Shown: in pieces, positions 1 to 12,637 of the stretch
Numbering within the stretch: position 1 is the first letter of the stretch
How the letters are laid out: each line of letters opens with the position of its first letter
Assembly (NCBI RefSeq): GCF_006345805.1
Contig: NW_021831846.1
Coordinates: forward strand, 1 to 64,000
DNA from: Octopus sinensis
Lineage: Eukaryota
Direction of reading: 5' to 3'
DNA length: 64,000 bases
Translations under genes and position numbers: made by a program
The notes under the pieces: generated by a model
Databases searched by the model: none
Seen by the model: the letters and a program-made list of their open reading frames with translations, nothing else
Told to the model about the DNA's origin: nothing

Positions 1-2407
1 GGCAACAGCATAGAATTGAAGCATCCATCTCTTTCTTCTCTCAATTTAGAATGAGGAAATTTGGATGTTGAAGTAATGTAAATAAATTAATTAATAAATA
101 CATATATAGACGTGAAGGAACCTGGTAATAAGAGTAAATAGGGGTAAAGATGGAGGGCGAGAATTCAGGACGAAGGATAAAAAATATATAAAAAGTGTAA
201 GTATAGAAAATATAAAAATGTAGAGTATAAAGATATAAAGAGATATAAGGAGATATAAAGGGGATATAAAGAATATAAAAAAATATAAATGAATATAAAG
301 GCATAAAGTTATAAAGTAAAAATAGAAATAGAAATAAAAGTAAAAAAATAAAAATAGGAATGAAAATGATAAAAATGTAAAAAGATATAAGGATAAGGGA
401 TGTATAGTGGTTACGGACCAAACATGGTGGTCAGGAAAATGACAAAATTTAGTTGTAGAAGTTTTGGGTGTCAATAAATCAACAGGGGCGTCTGGGGACC
501 TAGTGTATTGTAAATCAGAGCTGTTGAGCAGTTAATCTAGTTCCTTGAATTAAGTGGTCATCTTGTACATACATACCAGCATGGATACATACACCTATAT
601 ACACGCGTGCATACACAGCTCCAAGCATATAAGCATACATACGTACTCACGTGTAAACATGTACATAAACACATATACACCCACACACATGCGCATATAT
701 ACATACATACAACAGAATATGCGCATATATACACGGACATTATACGTGTACATATATATATAAATACATATATACACACACACGCACATACACATATAAA
801 CACATACACATATGCATACATATATGCACATGTATACCTATACATATATACGCATATACACACACCTATATATACATACGTACGTCCATCCTTACATACA
901 CATACACAGATGCCCACACATACAGGTTTAGATATAAGATATTAAAAGATGTATATAAGAACGCATGTAAAGAATCACGCACTCACGTCTACACGTGCAC
1001 GCACACACGGCTGTGTGTCCATATGTGCGTGCACATATACACTTACATACACATACAGAGACATACGCGCGTATAGGTATAGCTATAAGATATTAAAAGA
1101 TGTATACAAATATGTGTAAATATGTGTAAATATGTGTACATATGTACGAGTAAACACCTACGTCTGGATGTGCATACCCCGTTACTCTTCTTTAATAATT
1201 TTCTTTATTAATTTTTTTTAAATTTCTTACGTGTTTCTTTACACTTTTTTACATGTTTTCGCAGATTTCTTATATGCATATGTTTATACATATTTGTATA
1301 CATCTTTTAATATCTTATAGCTATACCTATACGCGCGTATGTCTCTGTATGTGTATGTAAGTGTATATGTGCACGCACATATGGACACACAGCCGTGTGT
1401 GCGTGCACGTGTAGACGTGAGTGCGTGATTCTTTACATGCGTTCTTATATACATCTTTTAATATCTTATATCTAAACCTGTATGTGTGGGCATCTGTGTA
1501 TGTGTATGTAAGGATGGACGTACGTATGTATATATAGGTGTGTGTATATGCGTATATATGTATAGGTATACATGTGCATATATGTATGCATATGTGTATG
1601 TGTTTATATGTGTATGTGCGTGTGTGTGTATATATGTATTTATATATATATATGTACACGTATAATGTCCGTGTATATATGCGCATATTCTGTTGTATGT
1701 ATGTATATATGCGCATGTGTGTGGGTGTATATGTGTTTATGTACATGTTTACACGTGAGTACGTATGTATGCTTATATGCTTGGAGCTGTGTATGCACGC
1801 GTGTATATAGGTGTATGTATCCATGCTGGTATGTATGTACAAGATGACCACTTAATTCAAGGAACTAGATTAACTGCTCAACAGCTCTGATTTACAATAC
1901 ACTAGGTCCCCAGACGCCCCTGTTGATTTATTGACACCCAAAACTTCTACAACTAAATTTTGTCATTTTCCTGACCACCATGTTTGGTCCGTAACCACTA
2001 TACATCCCTTATCCTTATATCTTTTTACATTTTTTATCATTTTCATTCCTATTTTTATTTTTTTACTTTTATTTCTATTTCTATTTTTACTTTATAACTT
2101 TATGCCTTTATATTCATTTATATTTTTTTATATTCTTTATATCCCCTTTATATCTCCTTATATCTCTTTATATCTTTATACTCTACATTTTTATATTTTT
2201 CTATACTTACACTTTTTATATATTTTTTATCCTTCGTCCTGAATTCTCGCCCCTCCATCTTTACCCCTATTTACTCTTATTACCAGGTTCCTTCACGTCT
2301 ATATATGTATTTATTAATTAATTTATTTACATTACTTCAACATCCAAATTTCCTCATTCTACATTGAGAGAAGAAAGAGATGGACGCTTCAATTCTATGC
2401 TGTTGCC
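1..2407. repeat. Large near-perfect palindrome (arms 1-1115 and 1288-2407, spacer about 170 bp; left arm cut by window edge)
   Basis: Position 1 GGCAACAGCATAGAATTG is the reverse complement of the sequence ending at 2407; mirrored ORFs 554..763/1327..1851 and 91..474/1931..2242; a few substitutions and a 1-nt indel. Confidence 0.95.
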
Positions 2408-2493
2408 GCATTATGTCGTACGCGAATGAGAGGATTTGCATTCCCAACCAAGAATTTTTGATGTAACACATGTCCTTGTGGAAGCTGTTGTGC

Positions 2494-2571
2494 GCGGCTG
2501 AAGAAGGCCACAGACATACATTATGCATTGTTATAAATCTGTCTAATAAAGGCCCGAAACATATGTACCGC
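2494..2571 (+). ncRNA. Type I hammerhead ribozyme motif (Penelope-associated type)
   Basis: GCGG-CUGAAGA(2498-2504)-A-GGCC...GGCC-C-GAAAC(2556)-AUAU-GUA(2565-2567)-CCGC; stem I GCGG/CCGC, palindromic stem III ACAUAUGU. Confidence 0.8.
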
Positions 2572-2779
2572 TGAATCGTTGGCATCATGTTTTTATTTTG
2601 ATCAATTTATATATATATATATATATATATACGACGGGCATCTTTCAGTTTCCGTCTACTAAATCCACTCACAGGGCTTTGGTCGGCCTGAGGCTATAGT
2701 AGAAGACACTTGCTCAAGGTGCCATGCAGTGGGACTGAACCCGGAACCACATGGTTGGGAAGCAAGCTTCTTACCACAC

Positions 2780-2786
2780 ATGTATG

Positions 2787-2818
<32 letters not shown>

Positions 2819-2872
2819 TGTATGTATGTGTGGTATGTATGTATGTATGTATGTATGTATGTATGTATGTAT
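2780..2872. repeat. (TATG)n microsatellite (another at 3279-3460)
   Basis: Direct reading. Confidence 0.9.
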
Positions 2873-3312
2873 CAGGAATGTGCCGTCAGTACTTACTCAG
2901 GGTAGGCAGTTGGTGATGTTTATGTTGCAAAACACACAAAAAAGTAAGCGAAATACAGGTGTGCAATTGAGTTGGAGGCAGATTTACTTCTGCCTTTATA
3001 GCACGTAAAGAAAACGTTGTTATAGGAGTGTACGCAGCATGTGTACTACATCAGTACTATTTGTAGCTTAAATACTGATATTGAAAAGCAGGGGTGAATT
3101 ATGCCCACCTAATCTACCAAAAAGTAAAATATTTTGCATTCTATGCAGAGTAATGAGAGTAACCTTCATAATTTTATTGAATTAGGCGCATATTTTCCAT
3201 AAAAGGAAAATGTTGCTATTGATCTATTTTATCCAGGGTAGGCACTGCGTACCTTGCCTACCTAGGCGGCACACCCCGGGTATGTATGTATGTATGTATG
3301 TATGTATGTATG

Positions 3313-3346
<34 letters not shown>

Positions 3347-3724
3347 TGTATGTATGTATGTATGTATGTAGATATGTATGTATGTATGTATGTAGATATG
3401 TATGTAGATATGTGTGTATGTGTGTATGTGTGTATGTGTGTATGTATGTATGTGTGTATGTAGATGGCTGTGTGGGGAGAAGTTTGATTCCCAGCCACAT
3501 GGTTCCAGGTCCCTAAAGTGTGACACCTGACACAAGTTCCTTCTATTATAGCCTCGAGCCGACCGAAGCTTTGTTGGTGAATTTGGTATGCGGAAACTGA
3601 AAGAAGCCCGTCCTATACATGTGTGCGTGAACTTGTGCGCGTGTGCGTCTTTGTGAATATGTTTATCTCCGACCACCGCTTAAAGGCCGTGTAGCACCCG
3701 GTACCTTTTGTAGATGCGTTTTAT

Positions 3725-4050
3725 AAGTGGGCACATGAAAGTTGGTCGACCATGGATCAGATATAAGGACAAGCTGAAGAGTAACCCCTTAGAGATGAAG
3801 ACAGCTCACAACACCTTTGAGTGAAAAGCCATGGAGCGAACAAAATGGAGACCGTTGTGTGGAAATGGTATTAGAAACTTTGTTGCAACCAGCATTAACA
3901 AGCTTCGGGGTGCAAAACAAAGAAGAAAAACGGCTACAAATATACCACCGGTACTGACCAGTAATCCTCATACTTGCAAGATCTGTGGGCTTCTTTGCAG
4001 ATCGTTGGCGGAAGTTAAATGTCGCATAAATGTTTCGGAAAGTCTGTGGC
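3725..4050 (+). mobile_element. Old RTE-like LINE C-terminal remnant
   Basis: KVGRPWIRYKDKLKSN, ERTKWRPLC...GI..F, TCKICGLLCRS. Confidence 0.5.
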
Positions 4051-4297
4051 AAGTGTGTTGAGAGTGAAATAAAGTTTTCAGTGTGAGAACGTGGTTTCTG
4101 GGGTCATCCACGTCCTCCGCTTCACCTTTGATTTAACATTCGATTTTTTACTTTGTTAATATAATTTTTGCAATTTTTAAAACGTTCGTCCTTCAATCGG
4201 TCAACCCCATTCGATCCCCGATCCCTTGTGTGTTTGTCTGTCCTTGTTTGAGTCCTCTTTCTATTTAAACCTAATAAAGAAAAGATACATATATATA

Positions 4298-4622
4298 TGG
4301 CTGTGTGGTAAGTAGCTTGCTTACCAACCACATGGTTCCGGGTTCAGTCCCACTGCGTGGCACCTTGAGCAAGTGTCTTCTACTATAGCCTCCGGCCGAC
4401 CAATCCCTTGTGAGTGGATTTGGTAGACGGAAACTCGTCGTGTGTGTGTGTTTGTCCCCCCAACATCACTTGACAATCGATGCTGGTGTGTTTACGTCCC
4501 CGTCACTTAGCGGCAAGAGAAACCGATAGAATAAGTACTAGGCTTCCAAAGAACAAGTCCTGGGGTCGATTTGCTCGACTAAAGTCGGTGCTCCAGCATG
4601 GCCGCAGTCAAATGACTGAAAA
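4298..4622 (+). mobile_element. SINE family A
   Basis: Match to family consensus. Confidence 0.75.
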
Positions 4623-4871
4623 AAATATATATAAATGGATGAATGAATTATCCTTTGTTTACCGTTAACACGGAAAATTCAATAAACAGTTACCAGGGTA
4701 GCAAATTTCACGCAAGTAACACGGATGAAGCGACCTATTCAAAGGTAGAAACTCCGGGTTAATGAGAAGATTGCATTTTACACCGTTTATTCCTTTGAAA
4801 TGAAACCATGTTGTCTTCGAAACATATGTCGAAAGTAAAAGAATCTTAATAACATCTTCGTTCAACTCCAT

Positions 4872-4881
4872 TTATATATAT

Positions 4882-4942
<61 letters not shown>
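4872..4942. repeat. (TA)n microsatellite (one of many)
   Basis: Direct reading. Confidence 0.95.
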
Positions 4943-4944
<2 letters not shown>

Positions 4945-5776
4945 TTGTCTTGTTATTTTCCTTGTCCTGTTCTTTACTGCTTATATTTTGTACTGTCGTT
5001 ACTGTCCTGTTTTTGTTACCATTTTTACCCCTCTGCAAAAAGATCTCAAATTTTATTTGATTTGCTTTTAGCAGGAAGGAAAATTTCTATCGAAGATACG
5101 TCTCGCCTTTACCTTCGAAACGTAGAGTAGATGAAACCATGGCGACTGAAGAAGGGGTTTTTTCCTTGTGTTACTTGTCCTGTACTCTATTTTTGTTGTT
5201 GTTTAAGAAAAATGTCCAGTTCCTTGGGTTTGTGTCTATGTTCTCGTTTCTCATTGTGTTCGACGTCCTTTTGGTGTCCTGTACTCATATATGCGTGTAT
5301 ATATACATGTAGAGGTAGGTACGTACATATATGTATAGATATATGCATATGTTTTATTTATTAATATATATATATATATCAACGACGGACTTCTTTCAGT
5401 TTCCTTCTACCAAATCCTCTTACAAGACAAGATTTGCCTGAAGCTATCCGAACAAGGGTTTAAGCTATCATTTTGTTTACTAGAAATATCAGTCAAATTT
5501 CCACCAAATAAAGTCTTGCTGTTACAAAATGGAAGAGAACATAATATATCAATCCGTCAGAAAAAGGAAAGAATCGTTCAGCTTAAATAAACTTAGGGGA
5601 GGTAACTCCTCATTAAAAACGTTCCAAGGGAGACAATTTCTGGTTAATTTCTAGTATTCTGCTTCTCGTTTGCTTTTTGCTACCTCGTATCGTCTCTTTG
5701 TGGAGTTCAGTGTAAGACTTGAACTCATTGAAAACTCATCTATTTTTATGCTGTCTTAGTGATTAGGGTCACTATT

Positions 5777-6161
5777 GTGGAAGCACTCCGTCGGTTACGA
5801 CGACGAGGGTTCCGGTTGATCCGAATCAACGGAACAGCCTGCTCATGAAATTAACGTGTAAGTGGCTGAGCACTCCACAGACACGTGTACCCTTAACGTA
5901 GTTCTCGGGGATATTCAGCGTGACACAGAGAGTGACAAGGCCGGTCCTTTGAAATACAGGTACAACAGAAACAGGAAGTAAGAGTGAGAGAAAGTTGTGG
6001 TGAAAGAGTACAGCAGGGATCACCACCATCCCCTGCCGGAGCCTCGTGGAGCTTCAGGTGTTTTCGCTCAATAACACTCACAACGCCCAGTCTGGGATTC
6101 GAAACCGTGATCCTATGACCACGAGTCCGCTGCCCTAACCACTGGGCCATTGCGCCTCCAC
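5777..6161 (-). mobile_element. tRNA-derived SINE family B with 13-bp TSD TAGGGTCACTATT
   Basis: Head GGAGGCGCAATGGCCCAGTGG...GGTTTCGAATCCC; TSD at 5764-5776 and 6162-6174. Confidence 0.8.
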
Positions 6162-6665
6162 TAGGGTCACTATTAGCAAAACAGAGAAGACTTTCTTTTA
6201 TAAACGCCAACCTTTTAGCAATATTCAATGCAATGAAGGCGACGAGCTCTTCGTGTTCTGAGTTCAAATTCTGTCAAGGTTGACTTGGCTTTTCATCTTT
6301 TCGGGGTGGATTAAATAAGTACTAGTTGAGTACTGAGATCCATATAATCAACTCACTCGCTCCCCTTAAATAGCTGGCTTTGTACCAAAATTTGAAATCA
6401 ATATTCACTGCAGCCAAAGTGGTGTTGGTAGTGGAATTTCCATGTGTACAACTTGAGGGGCTCGGGACGGGGAAAAGCACCCAGTACACTCTGTAAAGTG
6501 GTTAGCGTTAGGAAGAGCATCCAGCTGTATAAACCATGCCCTGAAACAGTCTACGGAACCTGGCGCAGCTCACCAGCTCCTGTCAAGCCGTCAAACCCAT
6601 GCCAGCATGGAAAATAGACGTTAAATTGTGATATTGCTGATGATGTGCGTGCAAGTGGAGGGACA

Positions 6666-6888
6666 TACTCTTTTTACTCTCTTTTACTCTTTTACTTGTT
6701 TCAGTCATTTGACTGCGGCCATGCTGGAGCACCGCCTTTAATCGAGCAACTCGACCCCGGGACTTATTCTTTTGTAAGCCCAGTACTTATTCTATCGGTC
6801 TCTTTTGCCGAACCGCTAAGTAACGGGGACATAAACACACCAGCATCGGTTGTCAAGCAATACTAGGTGGACAAACACAGACACACAA

Positions 6889-6931
<43 letters not shown>

Positions 6932-7090
6932 TACGACAGGCTTCTTTTAGTTTCCGTCTAACAAATCCACTCACAAGGCTTTGGTCGGCCCGAGGCTATA
7001 GTAGAAGACACTTGCCCAAGGTGTCACGCAGTGGGACTGAACCCTGAACCATGTGGTTGGTAAACAAGCTACTTACCACACAGCTACTCT
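6666..7090 (-). mobile_element. tRNA-derived SINE family A
   Basis: Head GCAGGAGTGGCTGTGTGG (A box)...GGTTCAGTCCC (B box), internal (TA)n, (AAGAGT)n tail; many dispersed copies. Confidence 0.8.
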
Positions 7091-7522
7091 ATACCTAGAA
7101 AATTTTTCGTCAGGCAGCTAGTCGTTATTTCACAAGTGAGGAGTGATGCCTTCTGCCAAGGGTGGTTGGCACAATACTGATGAGGTTTGAACCAGTTAGC
7201 TAGCTTAAAGTGCCATAAGGTGAGAGCTGTAGGGGGTGTTATCCTTTAAATCTTTTAACTATAACTTGTTTCAGTCATTAGACTGTGGCCAAGCTGGAGT
7301 ACGGCCTTGAATTTTACTCAAACAAATCAACCACAGTACTTCTTTCATAAGCCCAATACTTATTCCGTCAGTTTCTTTTGCCAAACCACGAAGTTTTGTA
7401 GGATGTAAACACACCAACACCGGTTGTCAAGTGGTGGGATACACACACACACAAACGGTAGACCAAAAAAATCGCCCCAAAACATTTGACATTATATTTT
7501 ACATTATTATTATTATTATTAT

Positions 7523-7807
7523 GTGGAGGCGCAATGGCCCAGTGGTTAGGGCAGCGGACTCGCGGTCGTAGGATCGCGGTTTCGATTCCCAGACCAGGCG
7601 ATTGAGCGAAAACACCTAAAAGCTCCACGAGGCTCCGGCACGGGGTGGTGATCCCTGCTGTACTCTTTCACCCACTCTATCTTCTGTTGGTCTGCTCGCT
7701 TAGCCAGCGGGGTGGTGTCATTCGAAGGCTAAAACAAGGCGAACGCATTGTGACCAGCGATGTGTAACTACATCTGATGGACTGGTCGGTCACGTGATCA
7801 CGTGATT
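7523..7807 (+). mobile_element. SINE family B head with a different tail, in an (ATT)n tract
   Basis: A and B boxes; related heads near 27310, 55504, 58268. Confidence 0.72.
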
Positions 7808-8415
7808 ATTATTATTATTCCAGCGATGAGCTGGAAGAACAATTAGCGTACAGGGCAAAATGCTTAGCAATAATCCACCAGTCACTTCATTCTGAGTTCA
7901 AATTCTGCCATGGTTGACTTGACCTTTCATCCTTTCGTGGTCGATAAATTAAGTACCAGTGAAACACTGGGGTCAATTTAATCAACTAGGCCTCTCCCAC
8001 CAAATTTCATAATAGAATTATTATTATTAATGATGATGATGATGATGAATTTTGTTCATCGTATTATAAGTATGAGGGTATTCTTCATTATTTTATTCAA
8101 TTTTAAGGTGGCACGCTGGCACAGTCGTTAGCACGCCGAGCAGTATTTCGTCTGCTACTATATTCTGAGTTCAAATTCCGCTGAGGTCGACTTTGTCTTT
8201 CATCCTTTCGGGGTTGATGAAATAAGTACTATTTACATACCAGGGTTGATGTAATTGACTTAATCCCCTCCCCGCAAGCTGTTCTTGTGGAAAAAATTTG
8301 AAATTATTTTATTCAATTTTAGACAAATTGGAGCATGTCTTTCACAATACCACAACATATTGAACTTCAGTCCATGACTTTTGGCCCACCCTGTGTGTGT
8401 GTGTGTTTATGTGTG

Positions 8416-8454
<39 letters not shown>

Positions 8455-8457
<3 letters not shown>

Positions 8458-8851
8458 CACAGGAGTGGCTGTGTGGTAAGTAGCTTGTTTACCAACCACA
8501 TGGTTCCGGGTTCAGTCCCACTGCGTGGCACCTTGGGCAAGTGTCTTCTACTATGGCTTCGGGCCGACCAAAGCCTTGTGAGTGGATTTGGTAGACGGAA
8601 ACTGAAAAGAAGTCCGTCATGTATATATATATATATATATATATGCGTGTGTGTGTTTGTCCCCCTAGCATTGCTTGACAACCGATGCTGGTGTGTTTAT
8701 GTCCCCGTTACTTAGCGGTTCGGCAAAAGAGACCGATAGCATAAGTAGTGGGCTTACAAAAGAATAAGTCCCGGGGTCGAGTTGCTCGATTAAAGGCAGT
8801 GCTCTAGCATGGCCGCAGTCAAATGACTGAAACAAGTAAAAGAGTAAGAGA

Positions 8852-8853
<2 letters not shown>
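8455..8853 (+). mobile_element. SINE family A
   Basis: Full length. Confidence 0.8.
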
Positions 8854-8885
<32 letters not shown>

Positions 8886-9135
8886 CAGGTTTCTTTCGAT
8901 TGCTGTCTTTCAGATCTACTCACAAGGCTTTGATTGACTCAAGGTTGTAGCAGAAGGTAGCTGCTCTCCATGGTGCCACACAGTAGGACTGAACCAGGAA
9001 CTAGCTATTTTCAGTGAGACAGCAATTAGATGACACACTGGATACAAAGACATTTATGTAGCATAAATTAAGTATGGAGGTGAGAAAGAGATCAAAGATG
9101 TTTGAGGTATTTGCGAGTGGACCTGAGATGCATGA

Positions 9136-9248
9136 AGGTGGTGGTGGTGATGGTGGTGGTGGTGGTGGTGTTGGTGGTGGTGGTGGTGGTGGTGGTGGTG
9201 TTGGTGGTGGTGGTGGTGGTGTTGGTGGTGGTGGTGGTGGTGGTGGTG
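9136..9248. repeat. (GGT)n microsatellite
   Basis: Direct reading. Confidence 0.95.
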
Positions 9249-10085
9249 ATGAATATAAAGATGAACAATGGCTTGCCATAATGAGGAAAGAACATGACAG
9301 TTCGTTAAAATAACGACCAAAAATTGGTCCGATATCACATTTTTATTATTTCGAATATCTCAAATTTCAGAAAGAATTCTTCTGACAGGAAGAGAAAAGA
9401 AAAGAGAAAGAAATATTTGAGGTTTTATGAGTTTTTTTTTTTTTTTACTTTTGCTTTTGGTCGATTTTTGTTGTTCCATTTTTTTCTTTTTTTGTGTCAA
9501 AAGAAAATAATTCCTTCAAAATCTTTCCATCTATCTCCAAATCTTCCTCATTTTTTTTTTTTATTTTGATTTTATTTAGTTTCTTATCTCAATCAATAAT
9601 CACTTCACCGTTTCCTCCCCAATTTATTTTTAATCCTTTAATCCACTTCATTTTTAAAGTGACTTACTGAAGATACTTTTTTTTTTTTTCCTTTTACCTT
9701 CAATTTCAAACCATTTACTGCGATGCTTTTAAAAAAACAAAAAACATTCCACATTCCACTGTAAATAATTATTGTTTATTTTTCTCGTCATCATCATTGT
9801 TATTCTTGCTTGCTTGCTGCTGTAAAAATAAAAAATCAATTTTTAAAATAATAGAAAAATAAATTAGAAATATGGAATTTCTAAATGTCTCAAAGAGACA
9901 TGAGCAGTGGTGGAGCGGTAGAGTGGTTGTATAAAGTCAACATAACGTGGCAGTCCCTTAAAGGGAACCACACCACCGCTATATAGCCCTAGGAAGCATC
10001 AACACTTCCTGTCGACTTTGACACATTCCTGTGTCCTTATATTTGCAAAGGGGAGGCAAGCACCCCCATCAGCTAGGACTAGAAA

Positions 10086-10131
10086 CCTGGAGACATGCAT
10101 GTTTCTGGGTATTGCCCGTCATCAGTTCAGG
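10086..10131 (-). ncRNA. Minimal type I hammerhead ribozyme motif
   Basis: Minus strand CCUGAA-CUGAUGA-C-GGG-CAAUA-CCC-A-GAAAC-AUGCAU-GUC-UCCAGG; stem I 5 of 6 paired; palindromic stem III. Confidence 0.75.
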
Positions 10132-10490
10132 GTAGCGTGTCCCCGCTAGCAGTGATACTTGTCAAGCCCTTGCGAATATATCTATTTACAGTGAAATTTA
10201 TTCGCTGGTCACCGTAATTAGAAATATTGAATTTCTAAATTCCCTTTGCAAATATAAGGGCACAGGAATGTGTCAAAGCCGACAGGAAGCGTCGATGCTT
10301 CCTAGGGCTATATAGCGGTGGTGTAATTCCCTCTATGGGACCGTCACGTTATGTTGACTTTATACAACCACTCTATCGCCCCACCACTGCTCATGTCTCA
10401 TTGAGACATTTAGAAATTCAATATTTCTAATTACGGTGAGCAGTGAATAAATTTCACTGTAAATAGATATATTTGCAAAGGCTTGGTAAG

Positions 10491-10921
10491 TTAGTTAGTT
10501 TTTTGGCTCAAAAAGCAAAAAGCATGGCCATGTAGGGGGACATGGAGTTATGTACAGGGTGGTGTTCATGTAAAGAGTTCAGGCCATTTGTGGTCAAGGG
10601 AGACTTTGAACCGAGTGGTCGTCGGCATCTTCACTATCTCGTCCAGCAGTTTATTCCACGGATCCGCAACCCGGACGGAGAAAGCCCCTCTCCTTCGATT
10701 GAGATGAAATCGTCGCAGACAGAGCTTTTCGGAGTGACCCCGCAGCCGACGCTCTGGAGCAGGAGTGAAGAACAGCTCTTTCGAGAGGTTACACTTTCCG
10801 CTTATGATGTTGTGAGCAAGAATGAGATCACCACGGCATCGTCGTTTTTCTAGAGAATAAAGGTCGAGCGTCTTCAGCCTTTCTCCATAAGACAAATGCT
10901 TGAGACCAAGAACCATGCGGG
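10491..10921 (-). mobile_element. CR1-clade LINE 3' fragment
   Basis: ORF 10566..10916 (SYGERLKTLDLYSLEKRRCRGDLI...RLRGHSEKL...FSVRVADPWNKL); (TAAC)n tail. Confidence 0.88.
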
Positions 10922-10946
10922 TATCACCGCTAGCGGGGACACGCTA

Positions 10947-10977
10947 CCCTGAACTGATGACGGGCAATACCTAGAAA
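10947..10977 (+). ncRNA. Truncated hammerhead copy (core 5' half, stem II and GAAA; stem III lost)
   Basis: CCCUGAACUGAUGACGGGCAAUACCUAGAAA, an inverted copy of 10102-10131. Confidence 0.55.
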
Positions 10978-12103
10978 GAAGAAAAAAGAATAGGAAGAAA
11001 TACACAAGCGGGGTGGATGGTGGAATGGGAAGTATTACAGGGGCTTTGTTCAATCTAAGTTTCATTAACCTTATCACACTGTGTCCCTGGTATAGCAGGA
11101 ATAGCCTAAATGTAATCACTACCAGATTCTTGTTAATCCTTTAGCATTTAAACCAGTCATATCCGACCAAAAATATCCATCATCATCATCATTTAACATC
11201 CGCTTTCCATGCTGGCATGGGTTGGACAATTTGACCAAACCAGATGGCTGCACCAGACTCCAATCTGATCTGGCAGAGTTTCTACAGCTGGATGCCTTTC
11301 CTAATGCCAACCACTCCGAGAATGCAATGGGTGCTTTTACGTGCCACCAGCACAAGGGCCAGTCAGGCGGTACTGGCAGCGGCCACGCTCAAATGGTGCT
11401 TTTTATGTGGCACCTGCACAGGAGCCAGTCCAGCGGCACTGGCAACAATCTCAAACTGACCTGATCCAACCTCTCACATTTCCCCTACAATGTCCTAAAA
11501 ATATTAGAGCTATGGGATAATGCCTGATAAATTCAAAATAATATGAACAAGAGCACTCAGAGAGCGCAAACCTCCACCAAGGCAACACAAACATCCTCTC
11601 AACGATTAACCGGAGATGATTTTTAAAATGAGAATATCTGAAATAAACTTGACTGCTCTCACAAATGAGAATACTAAAAATGAACCCAACCACTCTCAAA
11701 AGTTAAGTAAAAGAAAAACAGGAAAAATAATCCAGAATCCTTGTTTGGTACCGGATCAATCCCAAAATCTAATCAGTTTGTGCCAGTCACGAGGCCAATA
11801 TCCCTGAAAGTTTCATCTGAATCCAGCTAGGTGTTCTTGAGATATCTTGTCTACGGACAAACAAACAAATATCACTGAAAACAATACCTCTGCTTTTGCT
11901 AAGGTGGAGGTAATAAATAAGCAACAAATTGGACAAAGAAATCTGAATGCTAAAGGGTTAAAGTAGTAATGACCAACACACAGAAAAAGAAAAGAAAATG
12001 CTAAAATTAGGAAAGTGATCAATGTTGCAACTTCGTAGTCAAGTGAGTTTATGACTCCTTGTTAATGACATCCCCTGTAGCTGTTGTTTACTTTTATTTA
12101 AAA

Positions 12104-12474
12104 CTAGCAGTATCGCCCGGCGTTGCTCGGGTTTGTAAGGGAAATAACTATAAAGCATTTTTAGAGAGTTATAGCCAAAAAATAGCAAAAAAATTATGGT
12201 AAATTTTTTTGAGTTAAAAAGGTCGAGTTGCGTCCCCTAGACAGTCTGTGGTTTGTGTTTCTGATTCTCGACCCCATGTCGAATTTATCGATTTTTTTTC
12301 AGAACTGGGGGAACTTTTCAAAATTTTCGCTGCGTTAGTTTTGAATTATGACATTGGGCTATGTGTGTGTCAAGTTTCATCAGAATCGGTTGAAAGCCGT
12401 GGTCAGGGTGAGGGTACAACCTAACAGACACACAGACACGCAGACAGACAAACTGCCATTTATATAGAGAGAGA
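12104..12474 (-). mobile_element. Non-autonomous Helitron (shared 3' end, different body)
   Basis: Reverse complement TC...hairpin CTAG between A and T. Confidence 0.7.
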
Positions 12475-12637
12475 TGGGGGGGGGGGAAGATGGACTTTTT
12501 TAGCAATGAATTGAGCATGTGACGAACCCAGCACTGCCTCTGGTAAACAAGCAAGGACTAAACATTTTATAGTTGAAGAAAGTATTGATGACATTTATTC
12601 TTCAGGCAAAAAGTTTATGCAGGCAATGAGAGTGATC

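Larger units (their letters stand above)
9862..10977. mobile_element. Penelope-like pLTR remnant: about 380-bp hammerhead-bearing monomer plus inverted partial copy interrupted by a CR1 fragment
   Basis: 9862-10240 has a 25-nt terminal direct repeat; 10242-10490 and 10921-10977 are reverse complements of parts of it. Penelope assignment is inferred from the hammerhead and inversion; no ORF seen. Confidence 0.6.

Noticed and set aside
41-2242. Many 70-170 aa ORFs (HIYTH/MCVY-rich)
   Set aside because: Translations of AT-rich and (TACA)n-like low-complexity DNA, mirrored by the palindrome; no domain motifs.
7177-7183. CTGATGA hammerhead core (also 28795-28801 and minus strand 16803-16809)
   Set aside because: No correctly placed GAAA with stem III/GUH and stem I pairing.
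7523-7600. tRNA gene (also 55504-55580 and family A/D heads)
   Set aside because: A and B boxes are present but there is no acceptor stem, and each continues into a dispersed SINE body.
9001-9338. Poly-Pro/His/Gly/Thr ORFs
   Set aside because: Frames of a (GGT)n microsatellite; no splice or homology support.
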